64,000 bases of DNA from Macrostomum hystrix (lineage: Eukaryota > Animalia > Platyhelminthes). The notes below the pieces were generated by a model. The model was given only the letters and a program-made list of their open reading frames with translations. It made no database searches and was not told where the DNA came from. Where the stretch lies: contig CATNEN010000039.1 of NCBI GenBank assembly GCA_950097015.1, positions 186,001-250,000 on the forward strand. The letters are read 5' to 3'. How positions within the stretch are numbered: the stretch's first letter is position 1; the number at the start of each line of letters is the position of its first letter. A program made the translations under genes and the position numbers. Positions 61,881 through 64,000 of this stretch are shown in pieces.

Positions 61881-63315
61881 ACTAGTAATTATTTTTAAGT
61901 AGCATAAAATTATACCGTTTATAATCAACTTTCAACTTTCGCTCCTAAGCCTGTTTGTCCTTCTCCAATCACTTATCACTAAAATCACAATTACAGAAAC
62001 TACAATCACAGCTTTGAAAGTATGCGTTTCTAAGAGTTTAAACAAAAGTTGCGCCGTTTTTTATTAAAACAAGATTTTTTTTACAAAGCATGGGAGTTTT
62101 TATCATAGTAAAGAAAAAATGGTGCTTCAAATCGCATTTTTATATAATATTCTTATCTAAAAATAAACTCCATCGTGACAGACTTACTTTTGTGGAATAT
62201 GGTTTTGCTTATTTTTACAATTCTAAATTTTAAGAAGACGCTATTTTACTTATGCTAACTAATGGCTGTGGCTCTTTATTCAGGTGAGTTTTTATAAGTA
62301 TTATTGTGAATTATTCACGTTTTATTCGTTAAAAAGCAAGTTATAAACACATTTAATTGAGGTATACATTTACCTCAGATCACTCGATGGTTCTCTTAAC
62401 GAGTAATAATTCTTAACTCTCATCTAGACTTGCCGGCGATTTATGTATAGTTTACCCAGTGTTCAATAAAACCAGTTTAACTTTATTGTACTGGTGAGTT
62501 TCATATTAGAAACTATTTGTTTCTGACAGAGACTATTAAATAAGTGACTATTAGGATGGATAAATCCTAATAATATACATATTTATACAAAAATAATTCA
62601 TAAATATACATAAATGTAAAACATAAAAACATAAACATAAATACATTATACACATCGTTTGAATTGTAGCCGCTTTAATTCTGTTGGTTCTGAGTGCTTG
62701 GAGGATTTTAGTCTTCTCATATTATTTTAATAAGTGTTACTCATTATTTTTTTTCTTAGCTATGAACAATAATTTGAAGTATCATGTTTTAACTAATTAG
62801 CTATCACTGGCTACGCTATATAAAGTAATTGTTTTTACCAGGACATCCTGGTGCTGTTTTAGGATTCGTTTTCATTGCTTAATAAACCTACTTGCCAGTA
62901 AAAATAAACAATAATCTACGTGAGGGTTCATATATCTAATGTATTTAACAACTTTCAACTGTTTTATTGTTTAAATAATTTAAGTTGCTCAGGAACTTTA
63001 ACGTGTAGGTAAGTAATTATACTGTTAATTAAAAATCCCACAGAAGAATTTTTTTATATAAGTACATACTTTATTTTTTAACTACAAAACTAACACTCAT
63101 GGACACACTTAAGCGTAATTTAGTGATATTAATTTTTTTTATTTCTACTTAAAATTGCTTTTCTTTATTACTTAGTGTGGGTAATAAACTGAGTTTTTAT
63201 GCTCGAAATCTTCTTCTACCTCATTTTTATAAACGTATTATTTATCTGTAAGTACAAATTAAGCATGTGACTTTGTAAAGCATGGGAATGCAGGTTGTCT
63301 CATTTATAAGGAAAC

Positions 63316-63969
63316 ATGCCGGCGCATCTCCTCCTGCTTCTCACAGTAACTGGGAGTCCAAGGGCGTCGGCTAACGCACTCAAGCCGCTCGGTGGCTCAA
63401 AAAACAAAGCAGGCTCGGTTGCAGCTGGAAAGTCTGCCAGCGTCCAAAATGTAATTTCAACACGCCGGGTTGTATTCGGCATCGAGGTGGAACAGGAAAT
63501 CGTGTTCCGTGGCTGGAAGGTTGGCAAGAGCTACACCAGAAAGGTGACTCTGAAAAATGTCATTTTCCAGGGTCAGAAGCTCCACTTTCAGGCGCCAGCG
63601 AGCGAGGTCTTCACTACATTGTACCCTAAGCTTATCACATTAAGCCCCGGTACCTCCTTCGTCATCCCAGTCACCTTCAAGCCGATTGAGCAGCAGGTGT
63701 ACGAAGATGCTCTAGTATTCCAAACAACGGTGAGCTAAAATTTAGATTTTTGCCAAGTAATTTTTAATGTTTTGCTTCATGTTTCTAAAGCGTATTCTAA
63801 AGTTGTCAATTCCGAGACGATAAATTAATTTTCAGGATGGTGGGACATTCGAAGTGCCGCTGCGTGGCCATTTGCCAGAGTTTCGTCTGTTACTACCAAA
63901 GTCTCTGCACCTGGGGGTCGGTGCCACGCACGACAGAATCAGCAGCTGCTTTGAGCTCGTCAATGACAG
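63316..63969 (+). CDS. CFAP65: Cilia- and flagella-associated protein 65, 5' exons (continues beyond the window)
   Basis: FGIEVEQEIVFRGWKVGKSYTRKVTLKN..PKLITLSPGTSFVIPVTFKPIEQQVYEDAL matches the remembered CFAP65/CCDC108 N-terminal Ig-like domain. Exons 63316-63729 and 63836-63969. Confidence 0.85.
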
Positions 63970-64000
63970 GTGATGAGAAAGCAACTGCTCTAACAATGAG

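Overview
Eukaryotic (metazoan) genomic DNA, rich in introns and repeats. TTAGGG tracts, the gene set and the minisatellite density suggest a flatworm such as Macrostomum; this is inference only. Spliced host genes: a C2H2-ZnF/SANT gene with a triplicated exon, a PP1 glycogen-targeting subunit (PPP1R3-like), a 3CxxC (RTP-like) zinc-finger gene, a Shroom-like gene, a fatty acyl-CoA reductase, a KLF factor and the 5' end of CFAP65. Mobile elements: an Ingi/I-group non-LTR cluster (4357-9492), a broken CACTA/EnSpm-like transposon with a DUF4806-like gene, Gypsy and DIRS relics, a SINE and MITEs. The most notable signal is two diverged non-LTR elements with the same 5' layout: an HDV-like ribozyme with covarying stems, a reading frame open through the ribozyme, then a ubiquitin C-terminus mimic (VLRLRGG / VMRLRGG) just before a basic tract and the APE endonuclease. 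Related Ingi-type elements carry a 2A peptide at this position, so this may be a host-deubiquitinase processing site. Second, a 5'-truncated LINE with a clean 13-bp TSD has (TTAGGG)n at the 3' end of its cDNA strand.
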